A stretch of 63,999 bases of DNA, the filler included, from Octopus bimaculoides (lineage: Eukaryota): NCBI RefSeq assembly GCF_001194135.2. It is 5 parts of 5 records of this genome, joined end to end, with 100 filler letters (N's around TTAATTAATTAA, not from the genome) between each part and the next. Parts side by side here need not be neighbours in the genome. Positions count along the whole stretch, not along the records: positions 62,974 to 63,999 come from NW_026344999.1; 4 more parts are not named here. One strand, given 5' to 3'. This document shows positions 63,472 through 63,999 of this stretch, in pieces. The position numbers and the translations under genes are program-made. The notes beneath the pieces are model-generated. The model saw nothing but the letters and a program-made list of their open reading frames with translations, did no database searches and was not told the DNA's origin. Position 1 is the stretch's first letter. Every line of letters starts with the position of its first letter.

Positions 63472-63794
63472 TGTAGTACTATCAGTATTATTATTATTAA
63501 TATTGTTATTATTATTTTCGCTATCGTTGATGCTAAGATAAATATATTTTGGTTTTAAAATAAAACAAGTTATTTGTCTCTAAACTTGATTGTGGCGTTA
63601 TTTAATCTTCTATAAGGCTGCTACAAATTTTGATATAACCTTTTTTGTACTAGATCAAATCTCAAATTGCTAAATATGTAATTAGTGACCAGCCCACTTC
63701 AAAAATGTTAACAGTTTTGAATTTGGTTAAGAATTGCATTCAGGACAAACTGTGAAAGATGCTGTGTGTGAGTAAATTGCGGCCTTAAGAATAT

Positions 63795-63999
63795 TCTTTT
63801 CTACTCTAGTCACAAGGCCGTAAATTTTGGAGAAGAGGGCCAGTCGATTACATTGACCGCAGTTCGCAACTGTTACTTAATTTATTGACCCCGAAAGGAT
63901 GAAAGGCAAAGTCGATCGCGGCGCAATGTGAACTCCGAAGATAAAGACAAACGAAATACCGCTAAGCATTTCGCCCGGCGTGCTAACGTTTGTGCCAGC
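63795..63999 (-). mobile_element. SINE family A, CpG-retaining, truncated by the window edge
   Basis: CCCGAAAGGATGAAAGGCAAAGTCG...ACGAAATACCGCTAAGCATTTCGCCCGGCGTGCTAACG. Confidence 0.9.

Overview
This is AT-rich, microsatellite-dense, repeat-dominated animal DNA with many N gaps. The SINE repertoire and assembly style suggest a coleoid cephalopod, probably Octopus (inference). It is intronic or intergenic, with no prokaryotic genes or CRISPR arrays, and most ORF-track entries are microsatellite or gap artefacts. Supported content: dozens of tRNA-derived SINEs from several families; a near full-length but disrupted Tx1/L1-clade LINE (27.85-33.3 kb) plus related pieces; two Penelope-like (GIY-YIG) retroelement remnants; three mariner remnants; hAT fossils; two Tigger-like MITEs; RTE and R4/Dong fragments; and one well-formed isolated host exon candidate (54771-54836, minus strand). 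Best leads: (1) hammerhead-ribozyme motifs, one of them at the 3' end of a Penelope-like element; (2) a SINE subfamily whose 3' tail matches the Tx1 LINE 3' end, suggesting a SINE/Tx1 partnership; (3) a sharp CpG-decay boundary at the 27.6 kb gap, consistent with a methylated gene body on the left; (4) an apparent ORF1-only half-Tx1 element. All alignments were done by eye, and most SINE boundaries are approximate (about +/-20 bp).
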